The notes under the pieces: generated by a model
Told to the model about the DNA's origin: nothing
The model's input: only the letters and a program-made list of their open reading frames with translations
Databases searched by the model: none
From: Tubulanus polymorphus
Taxonomy: Eukaryota > Animalia > Nemertea
Length of the DNA stretch: 64,000 bases
Direction: 5' to 3'
Assembly (NCBI RefSeq): GCF_964204645.1
Contig: NC_134026.1
Coordinates: forward strand, 28,554,150-28,618,149
Shown: positions 25,401 to 37,198 of the stretch, piece after piece
Position numbering within the stretch: position 1 is the stretch's first letter
Layout: each line of letters begins with the position of its first letter
Made by a program: the position numbers and the translations under genes

Positions 25401-28003
25401 TATTCCCGAGCATTAACTGAATATGGGTTTATTTCAGCGGTTGTTCAACTATTCATCGTTCTCTAGTCAAATTACCTGGTAGATGGCTGCCGATATGGTA
25501 TATTTTATACGTGTACTGGCCGTCACCTCCCGGTCCATCTTTATACGGCTCATTAACCAATATCTCAACACCGCTACCAGCCCCGGAACTTTCCTCCCTA
25601 CTCTTTTTCTGCAAAGAAAGAAAACAAGCCTCTGAATATCAGTCAAGTACCTCGAGCGAAGAGTCTCACGAGACACATATAACACAGTCAATTGAATGAA
25701 TTTAGCATTCACTGCAGCGAGAGTCCTCGGCTAGAAACAACATTGAAAGCTGATGACATTTTTTGAAGGACAGTTTTGTCAGACGTACATTCCGCGAGTG
25801 CTTGCGGTACAATCCAACGCGTTGCTTGGAACAAAACTGTTGACATTCTCTATAAAGAACGTGAAATGTAACACTTGATTCTACGGAACACTAATTCATA
25901 CAAGTATTGACAGCTCTATATCAGCTCTAGAAATATATCTGTATTCAAAATTACTCGTCTCATCATTTATTTACACGACTTCAATAGATATTGCAGGATG
26001 TAAGGCTAAAAAAAATTGATACCTTGTTTCTCCGCTCTGCTGAGCTTAAAAGTTGACCCGGCCGGCCGCTTATCTACCCTATACATTACTTTTTTTAAAA
26101 ATCGTGATCAATTTTACCATAACAGACCCGGCCGCCATAGAAATGAACTGTTTACAAAATTTATCATATTTTATAAAAATGACCCGGCCGCTGCGGAGAA
26201 ACAAGGTATCATTTTTGTTTAGCCTAAAGCATCGGAGGCTTTTCATTAAGAATTCATCCCCTGACTTACGAATTACAATCATATAATCGACCTATCTAAT
26301 TTTCTACGACGCAGCCACAGTGCATCAAATATCTGTTGTCGATATGATTTGTCAATAGAATAGTAATCAACATGCTCATAATTCAATAAAAATATCATCT
26401 GAAACACAGATGATGATAATGCGCGGCATTATTCATCAATTGCGATATTGGCTAAAATGCCTCAATCAAGTTCAATGCATGTGGACAGTATTAACACTGG
26501 ATGAAGAATTATAATATACTACTCAATAATTACGTAAATTGTATGAATCTAGTTAGTGAATAAAAACCAGAACTCGAAAGTTCGTTGCCGTTAAAATTCG
26601 ATATCATAATGAAATGAAAATTGAATACAAAATAAGAGTAATGAAATTTGATTAATTAAGAGATAAACACCATATGTACAAAGTAGTGCACATCGACTCA
26701 TACAGAAAACCTTAAATAATGCATACCAGGTAATACTCATTTATTACACAGTTTTTACAGCTTCAAAAAAAAAAACAACAACAAGGAAAGCAAGCAAGCA
26801 CGGAAATGCCTTCAATGGTTGCAGTAGAATATTTATTATTATCGCTAATATGCAGCCAATCTATCCGTTATATCTGTGTATCCCGCCTACGCAAAAATAT
26901 AAATCATTTTCGATCAATTCAATGATAAAACGACGAAGGCAGCGTCAGGCTGCGATTATCTGTAGATTCTACGCAGGTCCCGCGTAAGTATCAGCCGCAT
27001 GCATAACAGCTTTATAAACGTCGATGATCCGACGACTGAACGGAGCCGAAAATAATCATCGTAGCGTGACACGTTGACAGAAACTCAGTAAAACGATTTC
27101 CACTTTCTTATGCACGCTGAATACAGAGAGAATGCATTACAATCTATATCTGATATTAAGTGAGATATAGCGTGGTTTTATATTTAGCAAACCCCTGCAA
27201 GCTGAACACTTGTTGATTTATCAGTCTTCTCTCTCTCTCTCGTGACAAAGTCTGCTAGTCAGGAAATATTTATATCGGTATCGATCTGGAGAGATGAGAG
27301 ACGTAACATATGAAGCGATGAAATGTATTCATCCAGCTCCTTATATCCAGATATCTTTCTCCCTCCTCTTACTCCTCTCTCTCTCTCTCTGTCCGTCTAA
27401 TGGAAATGATGATGGCGATTCTCTGTAGGCCTATATGACATATGGTTGCGAGACTAAAGGAGATCTTCGTTACTATAAAATAATTTCATTCGATTTTATT
27501 TTTGTATATCTATCTTTCTAGTGTTTTCCATACATAACGCATTTCTAACATTGCTCTATTATGCATCATAATTATAAGTAAATTAAATTACTCTTTTATA
27601 CTTTTCCCGGGCATGTCTTTATTGATACAGCCTAGACTGGGAATTTCGTCATAAACCAATGTCAGGTGGAATTTTTCACAGTGATTTTCAAAAGGACACT
27701 TGGTCAGAAAAAGGGGGTTCGAAACCCCCTATAGGTACGCTCCTGATATACACACAATGTTATAGCCTGCATACTGATTACAAATTATCAAATTTTCAAT
27801 CCAAAAGAATATTGAAATCAGCTTTAACCACATTTAAACACATTTCTTCCATCTGATTAATGAATAGATGGTGATTAAAGGTGTTCATCCGTTAACTGTT
27901 TTACGCATTACAGCATAAATCGTACCTGTATCATATATAGTTGTGCGATCCTGTATTCATCTACAGTCATCGGTAGACCTATCCTATATTCCTTCACCAA
28001 CAT
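13477..28003 (-). CDS. rdgB: Membrane-associated phosphatidylinositol transfer protein rdgB/PITPNM (Nir2/Nir3-like), about 1292 aa
   Basis: 20 exons: 28003-27926, 25608-25476, 23633-23430, 22663-22415, 22218-21907, 21609-21505, 21413-21297, 20337-20185, 19367-19193, 18908-18692, 18432-17970, 17839-17672, 16396-16256, 16169-16021, 15865-15752, 15403-15138, 15047-14898, 14673-14490, 14410-14282, 13848-13477 (3879 nt, phases consistent). PITP domain ([47 protein letters not shown]), FFAT motif (DDEFFDAE), DDHD domain ([21 protein letters not shown]), LNS2 domain ([14 protein letters not shown]). Confidence 0.97.
13900..14032 (+). mobile_element. Short Penelope-like/retrozyme-type insertion carrying the hammerhead, with a 14-bp target-site duplication
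   Basis: AAAAAACTTTCAGA at 13886-13899 and 14033-14046 flanks the hammerhead plus AATAAA and an AT-rich tail. It lies in the last PITPNM intron, antisense to the gene. Confidence 0.65.
13910..13951 (+). ncRNA. Minimal type I hammerhead ribozyme motif (Penelope/retrozyme type)
   Basis: ACAC-CTGACGA-T-GATCTC(tagggt)GAGATC-GAAA-CGTC-GTGT: CUGANGA core, 6-bp stem II, GAAA, palindromic ACGT mini stem III, GUC cleavage triplet and 4-bp stem I. Confidence 0.8.
24917..25372. mobile_element. Non-autonomous DNA transposon (hAT-like ends)
   Basis: Terminal inverted repeats CAGGGTCCCTACG ... CGTAGGGATCCTG and internal AAGGAGTTTT subrepeats. No clean 8-bp TSD. Confidence 0.65.
25021..25190. mobile_element. 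Degenerate TA-flanked (Tc1/mariner-pogo-like) MITE nested in the previous element
   Basis: Ends TACAGTACACTA and TAGTCCACTGTA (reverse complement TACAGTGGACTA). Confidence 0.4.
26004..26224. mobile_element. PIF/Harbinger-type MITE with TAA target-site duplication
   Basis: About 32-bp TIRs GGCTAAAAAAAATTGATACCTTGTTTCTCCGC / GCGGAGAAACAAGGTATCATTTTTGTTTAGCC, TAA on both flanks, and three internal GACCCGGCCG subrepeats. Confidence 0.85.
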
Positions 28004-31000
28004 GGTGACGGGATAGTTCACACACACAACTAACTCGAGGTTCACCACTTCAATCCATCCTACAAAATAAAAATGCGCTCATTACTTATTAATAATGCAA
28101 AAGATGTAGATTTTTGCAATTTGAATAAATTCACCACCTGTGTATATGTCTGCGTGTAAACTGGTAGGGGTATACCAACAAAATGAAATGGAATCGGCTC
28201 TCGACAATTCTTCACGTGTTAATCTATACAAATAGCCCTGAAGTAAAGGACGTTTTTCTTTCTTATCGTGACAAATGGTTCTAAGTTCTCTAAATGTTTT
28301 AAACAAAACCGCAGTAAATTCTCAACCAGCTAGGAACTACTCCTGCGCAACTGAGACTAACGCATATTCGCCATTAGTCCCTAGTGAAATAATGCCCGAC
28401 CTTATTTATTTTAAGTTGGCCGCCAATAATTGTCGAACAAATAGTTTCGACTGGGCGATAAACCATTGTTAACAAACTACCATGGTAACCACCAGTTAAC
28501 GGGAAGGAGAGACACGAGACGCTATGTTTCATTGTGTATTGATGTCTGGCATCCCCGGGCTGCTATCCCGATGTTTACCATTACCCAACTAATAATTCTT
28601 TCGTCCAAAACTATACAAGTCTGATAAAGATCTAAAGTCGGTTTTTCATACGCGGCTAAAATATGAGCGACGAAGTCATAAACCGATTAGCCTAATTTAG
28701 AATTAATAAAGCTTATAATTTTGATGTATTTATCAACAGTTCATCAGCGATGATATGTTCATTAGTTTGGTTTGGTTGATTTCTATAGACAAGAGTCTGT
28801 CTGATTCAATTTCAAAAACGTGAAATACTCGCGTAATTATTTCCTCATTCTGGTTATTCTTCAACCAGTTCGGTATTGGCGTGATAAGGGGTCATTTTCA
28901 TCATCGCATTGGTTAGCAAATTATCCACCGGCCACACCCAACCAGACAGTGCGATCAATACTAATAAACGAATAGTTACACCACATTCAATGAGAGTAAT
29001 TATAGGAAGATGATATAACTATAACTATACACTGTCTAATATCGTGGCAACCGTTCAGATAAAGTACAATTGTTGTCACGTCTATGCAGCAGATAGCTGC
29101 ATACGCGCACTCCTGTCGCTGAAACGCTTTTCTCTCCGATTCACCTTTGGCATTTAAGTTGGCAGTTTTTACGTCGTTGTGTTTATAGATTAGCTGCCAG
29201 CTCAATCAATTCCATGATTTTAACCCCTGTTTCACCGCAATACAGCGTAACCTCGTTATTAACCATTTATCAGTTTCTAGAATTTCATCCCAAAAAGGAA
29301 GATTTGAATAATTTCATACTGGAAAACGAACTATTTTTCACCGCGAACAGATTTCCTGGTCTACCGACATTCTTTTGTATTCGTTTGCTACTTTTTATCT
29401 CCAAAAAACCGGGTCTCGCCGATTAAAACTGAAATTGGTTTTTCACTGAATACATCGGTTACGCGAATGATTTATAAAACGTTTATTGAGGATGTGAATT
29501 AAATTCGAATTGATAAAGCGATTTATGGGATATGATCAGGAAATTGGAAGCACGGCAAATATACAAACATAGCCTGCATCCCGACACTTTATGGAAATTG
29601 CGTTCTAGTTGAGCATTGTACCGAGTAGGATTTCTCATACGCGCTTACATTATGTTGATTTTTCAAATCTAAACTTTAAGAAGTCGCATGAAATTGGTCG
29701 TCATTGATAGAAGATCAAAACCTAACATCACGAATTCGACAATTAAGTTGAAAAAAAAAAACAGAAATAGAGACCGTCATCAAATCAATAATAGAACATT
29801 ATCATCATCTTCAGCGGATTTCTAGAAAGGTCAATGCGAACAGTAACATTACCGATAATAACAATTCACATCCTATATCGGCTCCGGAAAAGGCGGAACA
29901 TGGAAACTCTCCGTGAATTCAATACTGAGTTCCAGGGGCCGATCCAGGGGTACAATCTGAGAATCGCATCAAGTATTTTAGGGCGAATAGGCATTCAGAC
30001 AGTGCTTCTACGACCCCCCTTTCCAACAGAATTTCATACAAAATCTACCCTTTGTTTCACAGAAATTGCCCTTCATAGATTCTTTTGACAAGATTGTGTC
30101 GCTTTTGAAAAAAAATGCCTTTGGGACCCGATTCATTGAGGACTGAGATCATACTTTTTTCTCATGATTTCATACCAAACACTGATAGTTCCAACAGGCG
30201 TATGTTGAATATACAGCTGAATGCATCGACTATTATTTGCTATTCAAATGAAAAAATCATTCCGAAATATTGGAAAAGTCCTTACAACGCATAGAATATA
30301 AAACAACAGAAAATACGTCTGCGATCAATTTCAAGTGCATAGCACGCATTAACACGATATAATGGAACAGAGGAACAAGTGGACTTTGAATGCGAAATTC
30401 ACAATCAATATACACGATATAACTATATTTTAATGATTTATACCCATATAAACCTTGCCTTTTCAGCCATGCCTAAGTCAGACTTTTGTCTCATTCTTTC
30501 TGATCTTTAACTCCGGACCAATTTTTCCAATCCCAGTTAGTCCGAATTAGGTGAGGTTTATTGTACTGGTACTTGTGAATGTGATTTTGACTAAAAATTT
30601 AGCGTAGTTCAACTCATGATTGTTACCCCGATGGAGCGGGAGGCGGCGATGTCATTTTTGAAAAGAACTTATCGTAGCTAGATCCTGCGAACCCCGTATA
30701 TCCCGGGCAATCTTGTGTATCAACCGAGCTACGAACACAATATTGCATGCTGTGAATAAGCCGCTTAACTCAACCATAAAAGAGGATTAATGATATCAGA
30801 CTTGTGAGAAACACATCTGCGAAATTACGCTAATATCTTTCGGAGTAGAAAAAAAAAAATATCGTATTCATGATCTCCCTAGCCACCGATTAAACTATTC
30901 AATCAAAAAAAAAATCAAACTTTCATTCATTAAGGCCGGACGTTGAGCGAACGTTTTCTAAAACAAGTTCATCAATTATTCCCGCAAAGACCGTCGTAAA

Positions 31001-31334
31001 CAACGGCGCTTTTTTTTTTTCATCGACGCGAAGAAGTTCATCGGATATAAAACGCTATCGCGCGAACGGACGTTATCGTCATCAATACCGGCTAAATAGA
31101 AAAACCGTAATCACCATAGAAACTGCTGTAGATTGAAATATTTCGATACAATTGAAACTGCAATGTCTAATACAGCGAGGCCTAGACGACGTGAAGACAG
31201 CATGTTTAATTGATAGTAGTTAATGCGAGGCTTGTAAGTATCAAGAGAGATGCACGCCGATGCATCTTGTCGTCGATACATCAACAAATGTAATTATTTC
31301 CTATAGAATTAAAATCAATTCTCTATTTCTTACC

Positions 31335-31604
31335 TTCTAAAGGGTATTTACGTTGTACAACACGATAACCAGCTAGTTAGTAATAAACAACCTGTAGTTT
31401 TCAGTACGGACCTCTCTCGCGTTTCTGATATAATAAATAATATCGCACTATGACGACGATTTACTCCTAGCGTTCAGTATTAAAAATCAACCAACCCGAC
31501 CTGCACTCCGGAACGCAGCAGCACCGCCGTTGCCATGGAAACTGTTTCATATTAAAAGTAAGCTTAATACATGAAAAGCAGATCATGGTGGCCCTCTACT
31601 GGTA
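31335..31604 (-). promoter_or_regulatory. Probable PITPNM promoter and non-coding first exon, with RFX X-box and CTCF-like site
   Basis: Donor AAG|gtaaga near 31333, locally GC-richer sequence, GTTGCCATGGAAAC at 31529-31542 and minus-strand CCAGTAGAGGGCCACCA at 31586-31602. Confidence 0.5.
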
Positions 31605-31749
31605 GACTACGGTATTACGATGATATTCAGAAACTGATTCTAAGAATGATACAAATTGTAACAATATATTCATCCAAGAAGTCTTAAAGAAATTTGACCC
31701 CTTCTACAAGATTTAGAGGCAATCTATTCCTGGACAACATGTTTAAAGT

Positions 31750-31756
31750 TTTAATA

Positions 31757-31791
<35 letters not shown>

Positions 31792-33310
31792 CAATTTACA
31801 GTCTGAAAAAAAATCCGAAATAACACAAAACACGTTAAACATCTAATAAACGAGTTGTCCTAAGCTTTTCCATCTTTTAAACACTTACCTAGAGATGTTT
31901 CGTACATAATTTTTTTTGCCCATTAAATCTATGAATTTATCGGTGTTTTAATCTACCTAACTAGTCAACTTGGAAACCATGAATTTCTTGACATTACATA
32001 CGTTACTGCTAGTGCTCGAAATAAAACAATACCACAGATGAATCAAGACTAAAACGATATATTGGTTTGAATTTCTTCCCAATAGGTACAATTGGAATAA
32101 TTTCGTACTGGATAAAACTAACTATCAACTATAATCAACATATTTTCTTGTTCCCTGAAGTTCGTGGCAAAGAGGTTCCACGGTTATTTCGCGGAAGACA
32201 AGTATTTGTTCCATAGCGCGTTCCTGATACAAAATAACCATTCAAGTTTCTTGCTTTAATTTCAAACAGGAAATATATCTTTGATTGAAAATTCGGACAG
32301 GAAAATCATTTTCACAGAACACGTGTACTTTGCCAAAAACTGGGATAAGTCGACCAAACAGGGTAGAGTTAACCTGCTATCTCTCTGTTGTTTCAGACAC
32401 AGAGGTAACCAATAAGATCATCGGTTATTGAGAATACCTTTGTACAGATTGTACTCTGAAATTAGCCCATAATATCTGTTCTTTTTGAAGTGTAATAAGC
32501 CTAGGTTGATTTTAAGGCAAACTTTTAAGACTACTACCGGTAACCTCAATTACAAAGAAATTGTTGCAGCTCATTAAGAATGAGGTCTATAATTATTAAT
32601 AACCAAGGCAGATTCCTGATTATCATAACTAAACATCTGTAATCAGTGAGACAAAATAGGCTAAATTGTTTGATGAAAACAACATTATTTACTACTACCT
32701 AGAGGGAGACAAATAAGGGAATTAATGAAACTGGCTATCACAGAAAACATGATACTCAAACCAAGTCTGATATTCAAACTAGTACCCGGGAATTAGTAGA
32801 ACCCATTAGGCCTACAAACAATTCAATTAGATTTAGAATCCATACACTTAGTACCTAGCTCTCGTTCACCGATGCATCAAAATCTGGGGTTCGGCCTACA
32901 CAGTCAGCTTGTACTCCTTGTTCAACTAAAGCATATCAGCTCCTGTTTCATAGTTTCTCGACATTTCATACAGAGACTGAGAGCTGCTAATGTGGATCGA
33001 AGCCGAAGGCCGTGGAACATCCCAATTGCAACATCCCAATTGATGAAATCCCTGACCTCACCATAACGCTTACCCTTGGTGTTGGTGGAAAGTGGGTGGC
33101 CCCATCTGCTATTTTGCTTTTTTAATGAATCAACGAGACCTACTTGAAAAAAATCTTCAAGCGATTTCCAACCAGACTAAGTAAATATAACCAAAACCTC
33201 TGTAAAAACATATATTTTACCTTAAGAACCAAAACCTTAAGTTTCGATAGGTTCAATTACGATTAAACGGATAGCGAACGCAGTTGACGAAGCGCAAATG
33301 TAGTGCAGTA
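31750..33310 (-). ncRNA. Unannotated multi-exon transcript (lncRNA or small-ORF gene) divergent from GADD45GIP1
   Basis: Canonical introns 33220-33140 (81 nt), 32854-32456, 32373-32224 and 31888-31803 (86 nt). Alternative donors at 33073 and 32437, ATTAAA near 31750-31755, no long ORF. Confidence 0.55.
31760..31790. repeat. (TA)n microsatellite
   Basis: About 15 TA units. Confidence 0.9.
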
Positions 33311-33420
33311 ACATAAATTAATCCAGAAGTTTTACTGTTATAGTTCCTTGTTTGTTTATACATTCTAGCATCAATCAGTGGTACCGTGGTGGCGCCACTG
33401 GCCGGTTCATAACTTCCAAT

Positions 33421-34433
33421 ATGGCCGCCTTAGCGAGAAATTTACAATTTTGCCGGCGAAAAATTATACAAATATCTCAAACCAGGAATCTAGTAACAAC
33501 GAGATGCGTTTCAGCTGATGGAGTTATTACAGAAACTGCTAGAAATAATGAAACTGCTGCAAATAGTGATGAATTCGTCGATGAAATCGAGTTAAAAAGG
33601 GACGTTTCCGGATTATCGGAAAGACAAGCTGCAAAACTCAACCATCGGGCTAAAATTTTCCCACCTAAATATGAACATGAACTAACACTGAAATTTAAGA
33701 GACAACAATATGCTCAGTTCGGACGAGAGTCAGGAATTGATCCGGCTATAATGTGGCCGACGAAACAAGAATTAGCCGATATGAAAGCCGATGAAATGGA
33801 ATGGGACCTGACGTTTGATCAGCTGGTGGAGAAAGTGAGAAAAGATGAAGAAAATGCAAGAATGATACGCGAAGAACGGTAAGAAATCGAAAAGCATAGG
33901 AGTGGATAAGATCTCCAGTATAATCCACTTAATTTCAATCATTTTGGACAAATTAGTTTAATCGGTTTATGAATGAGAAATCTGGGTTTAAACATCTTGA
34001 ATACATTTATATATTGTATTTGTATTGTTTTGGTGGATTTTTTATCATTTTATATCATATCTGGATAAGATGATCTAAAACTGAGTAAAAGTTAATACCA
34101 AGCGCATTTTCTTGTATTTCAAGGTCTTGATATTGTCTTATTTTCAGAATCCAAAAAGTGGAGAAGGCTATGGCTAAGATGCCAGAACTGATTGCAGGTT
34201 ATGAACAAAGATTAAAAGCCAAAGAAGAACAGATGAAGAAACAAGAGGAGAAAAAACAGAAATTATTAGAAGAGGCTCACGAATTTTTCGGTTACGAGAT
34301 CGATTCCAGAGATGCTAGATTCAAACAACTGCAAGAACTCAAAGATAAAGAAGAAGCGAAATTAGCAAAACAGCGGAAAAAAGAAGCAAAATTAGCTCGA
34401 TTGCAAGCTAAATTAACGGGAGTCGCGAGTTAA
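33421..34433 (+). CDS. GADD45GIP1: Mitochondrial ribosomal protein mL64 / CRIF1, about 247 aa
   Basis: Exons 33421-33878 and 34148-34433 join in frame. Basic presequence-like N-terminus MAALARNLQFCRRK, family motif YAQFGRESGIDPAIMWPTKQEL, coiled coil, EAHEFFGYEIDSRDARF. AATAAA at about 34450. Confidence 0.9.
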
Positions 34434-34675
34434 TGTTATCGAATGAATGAATAAATGCAGCACAGTACATTGAAATTTTTATTGTATTATTTATCGGCCT
34501 ATTCTGAATCTTAGTTGCGGCAGTGTTTCTCGGAACGCGCGCTCTATACGTGTCTGCGTTTTCTGAATTGGTGGAGCTTTCTTCTTGGAGGCAACTTGAG
34601 CCTGGTAGATTTTTTCCAAGTTTAGAGTTTGGATATTGATGGTTTACAGCCCATGGTACCTGCCGGTGCCGGCAC

Positions 34676-34799
34676 TAGAGAAGACATCTTCACCCGTCAA
34701 GGGATTCGAACCCACTACGCTAAAGCTGTTCGCCGAACTGGTGGAAGCGAGTTCGGGAGTGATACCGGACCCCTGGCAAGCGAGGATGTAGAGAAGACA
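34676..34799 (-). other. tRNA/SINE-head-like structured element with a Pol III B-box between 11-bp direct repeats
   Basis: TAGAGAAGACA at 34676-34686 and 34789-34799. The minus strand contains GGGTTCGAATCCC, a 19-position terminal stem with G-U pairs and an inner CCGAACT/AGTTCGG stem. Confidence 0.45.
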
Positions 34800-34880
34800 G
34801 TAGGTCTACCGGTACCGGTCGTAAATTGGCTCCGGTTTGCATTATTTATTAGTTCACAAAGATTCCCCTAGGTCACCGAG

Positions 34881-34900
34881 TGGTGCTGCCACCTAGTAAG
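34881..34900 (-). promoter_or_regulatory. CTCF-like motif
   Basis: Minus-strand TTACTAGGTGGCAGCACCA, between convergent GADD45GIP1 and MCT 3' ends. Confidence 0.45.
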
Positions 34901-34984
34901 CGGCTGTGGCAACACAATACAGTGACCCTCCTATAATAGTGTAGTGACACTTGGCAAACCTGAAATCAAAGTTTTTTTTGTTTA

Positions 34985-35454
34985 CAGTAAACCATGCGCA
35001 AGTCGGATCTTTTGGAAGCGAGAAAATTTCTCCCGAGTTAGCAAAAGTCCTACTTTTATGATGAGTCGGATTTTCAGCCTTTTTCCACGAAAACACGACT
35101 TTCTGTAAACAGTAAAATTAAATCAACATCTACAAGAAATGATTTTAATTACTGAAATATTTTGGGTTTAACCACAACTAATGTAGTAACGACTGATTGA
35201 CATGTATCGTCGATTTCGATCCAGGAACAGGGAAGACATTTTTTAAAATTCAATCTGCAATGGGCAGAAAATAGCCCTCTGACTCTCGGTGAGAGATTTT
35301 ACTGAATTTTAATTTTTGACAAAGAGAAGTTCTATGAGATAGGAGAATTTCCGACTTACAAATGTATTAATGCCTTTGAAAAAGAGACGGAAATATCGGG
35401 ACCATCAATATTCATCCGATATCAGCGATTATCCGACTTACTCAAGGTTTACTG
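34985..35454. mobile_element. Tc1/mariner (pogo/Tigger-like) MITE with TA TSD
   Basis: TA|CAGTAAACCATGCGCAAGTCGGAT ... ATCCGACTTACTCAAGGTTTACTG|TA; 24-bp TIRs with 3 mismatches. Confidence 0.85.
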
Positions 35455-37198
35455 TACCATCTATTCCTACAGCAAACTGATATGTGATGAATTGACGATG
35501 TTCATTCCGATAAGAAATAGAAAATGAGGATGGACTCCAAACCTTATTGCCAGTGACTGTCCTTCCAAATGCTTTATCATCGAAATAACTCAGTGAAGTA
35601 AACATTTTTTGGATGTCTTACATTCGTTTCTTTTTGATGCCGTAAAAACATAGTGCCATAATGGTTGAGCCTATTTTTCCCAGATGAGAATCAAATAGTA
35701 TTTTTTCAGTGTATTTTCAAAAATAAGGTCTCATCGCGTGATGGTAATTTTAATCATGTCGGTCGTAAAATGATATGAACGCATGAATTGAATGAAAAAA
35801 TTATTTTTTATCTCGTCATCTGTATCTACACCCAAGTTTTCTGCTGGTATGATTGGCCGAGATGAAGATTCCCGTTCGTAGTCAATGCATTTTTTTTTGT
35901 AAAGTAGGGAAGGGTTATGACGTATGAGGTGGGTTGTCATCTTGGGCGATGTCTTTTAGGAAAATGTTCCCTGGTGTAAATACGTTTCATCGACGTAGTA
36001 GCTGATAATGCCATTTTAGTTATGTTTATAGTTTCAGGCTAAGTTTACATTTATCAGGAACATTTAGTGGTCATATTTGTTTCCGATATGGGTCTAATCT
36101 TCCAAATTCCTTGATTCTGATATCTAGCGTTGTAACATTTAGATAAGGGAGCGAAGCCTCATCCTCCTATCAAGTCCTCGAAAACGAAATTCCATTCTCA
36201 CTGATGATGCCTGGCAATCTAAAGATATTCCCGATGACAAAAAAAGTAAGAAGAAACCTAGTTTATTATTTACAACAATAAAGCATATTCCCTATTCACA
36301 TTTATAACACTTGAAATGAGAACAAACATAAACTTAACATAACAAAACAAAAAAACAGTCAGATATATACCATATCACAAAAATCTTCAAATACGGTACC
36401 GTTCTAATTTAAGTTACAAATATATTTAAAGAGATCAAGTGAAATATACCTGTAGGTGCAGAAATATTAGAAAATGATTTTAATTTAATGGAATTTAATG
36501 TATTTCAGTCACTATTCAAAGATACAGAACCCATATCATTCTAAGTAATACATTCTTACGGGCACCCTTGTGTCAAATAGCGCGACCTCTATCATCATTG
36601 TAACTTATTGATGAGATCATCAGACCAACACAAACTTTGATCATGATTTCTAGATATGCACTCGAACGAGGTATGATATAGAATTCATTTATTTGTCTCT
36701 ACGTACCGCGCTGAACTAAAAATAAACGAATTTTCTAATGACTCAAATACATTTCATTCGTGTTTCTATAAAATCCCTCATTTTTCTAAGTATTTCACGA
36801 CATCGAATATATTCGTATATGAACAATATCTTAATAGAGTTAAAACTATCCTAATCACGCAATCACCTGTATATGTATTATTATAATTATATAATTTGTT
36901 TCAGTGTATTACATGCCACCTTTCTATTCCCTTATGCATAATTCTAGATTTTTCAATACACATCAGATAACTAGGAATTGTCCCTGGAATGACTGAACAC
37001 TATTCGGCGGATCAAGAAGGCATGGGTTCGAACCAGTTCTTTCTTATCTGAGTAAATAGGTTAAATGGCCAGGTCAACCGAGACCAATTCATATCGAATG
37101 TCAGTTACAATCATGGCACGTCATGAGTATTTTATTCCAATTATCATTGAAAAATATATATGACATAACGTCAACATCCTAACATATTGACAACGAAT

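Noticed and set aside
32456-32854. snoRNA in the introns of the unannotated transcript
   Set aside because: No C/D box pair or convincing H/ACA double hairpin is visible by eye.
33352-33420. N-terminal extension of GADD45GIP1 shown in the ORF track
   Set aside because: It starts at TTG within promoter sequence. ATG 33421 gives the expected presequence-like start.
34687-34788. A true tRNA gene or HDV-like ribozyme
   Set aside because: A B-box is present but no D arm or anticodon arm can be drawn. TCCTCGC and CGAA occur, but the HDV P1/P1.1/P2 pairings cannot be formed.
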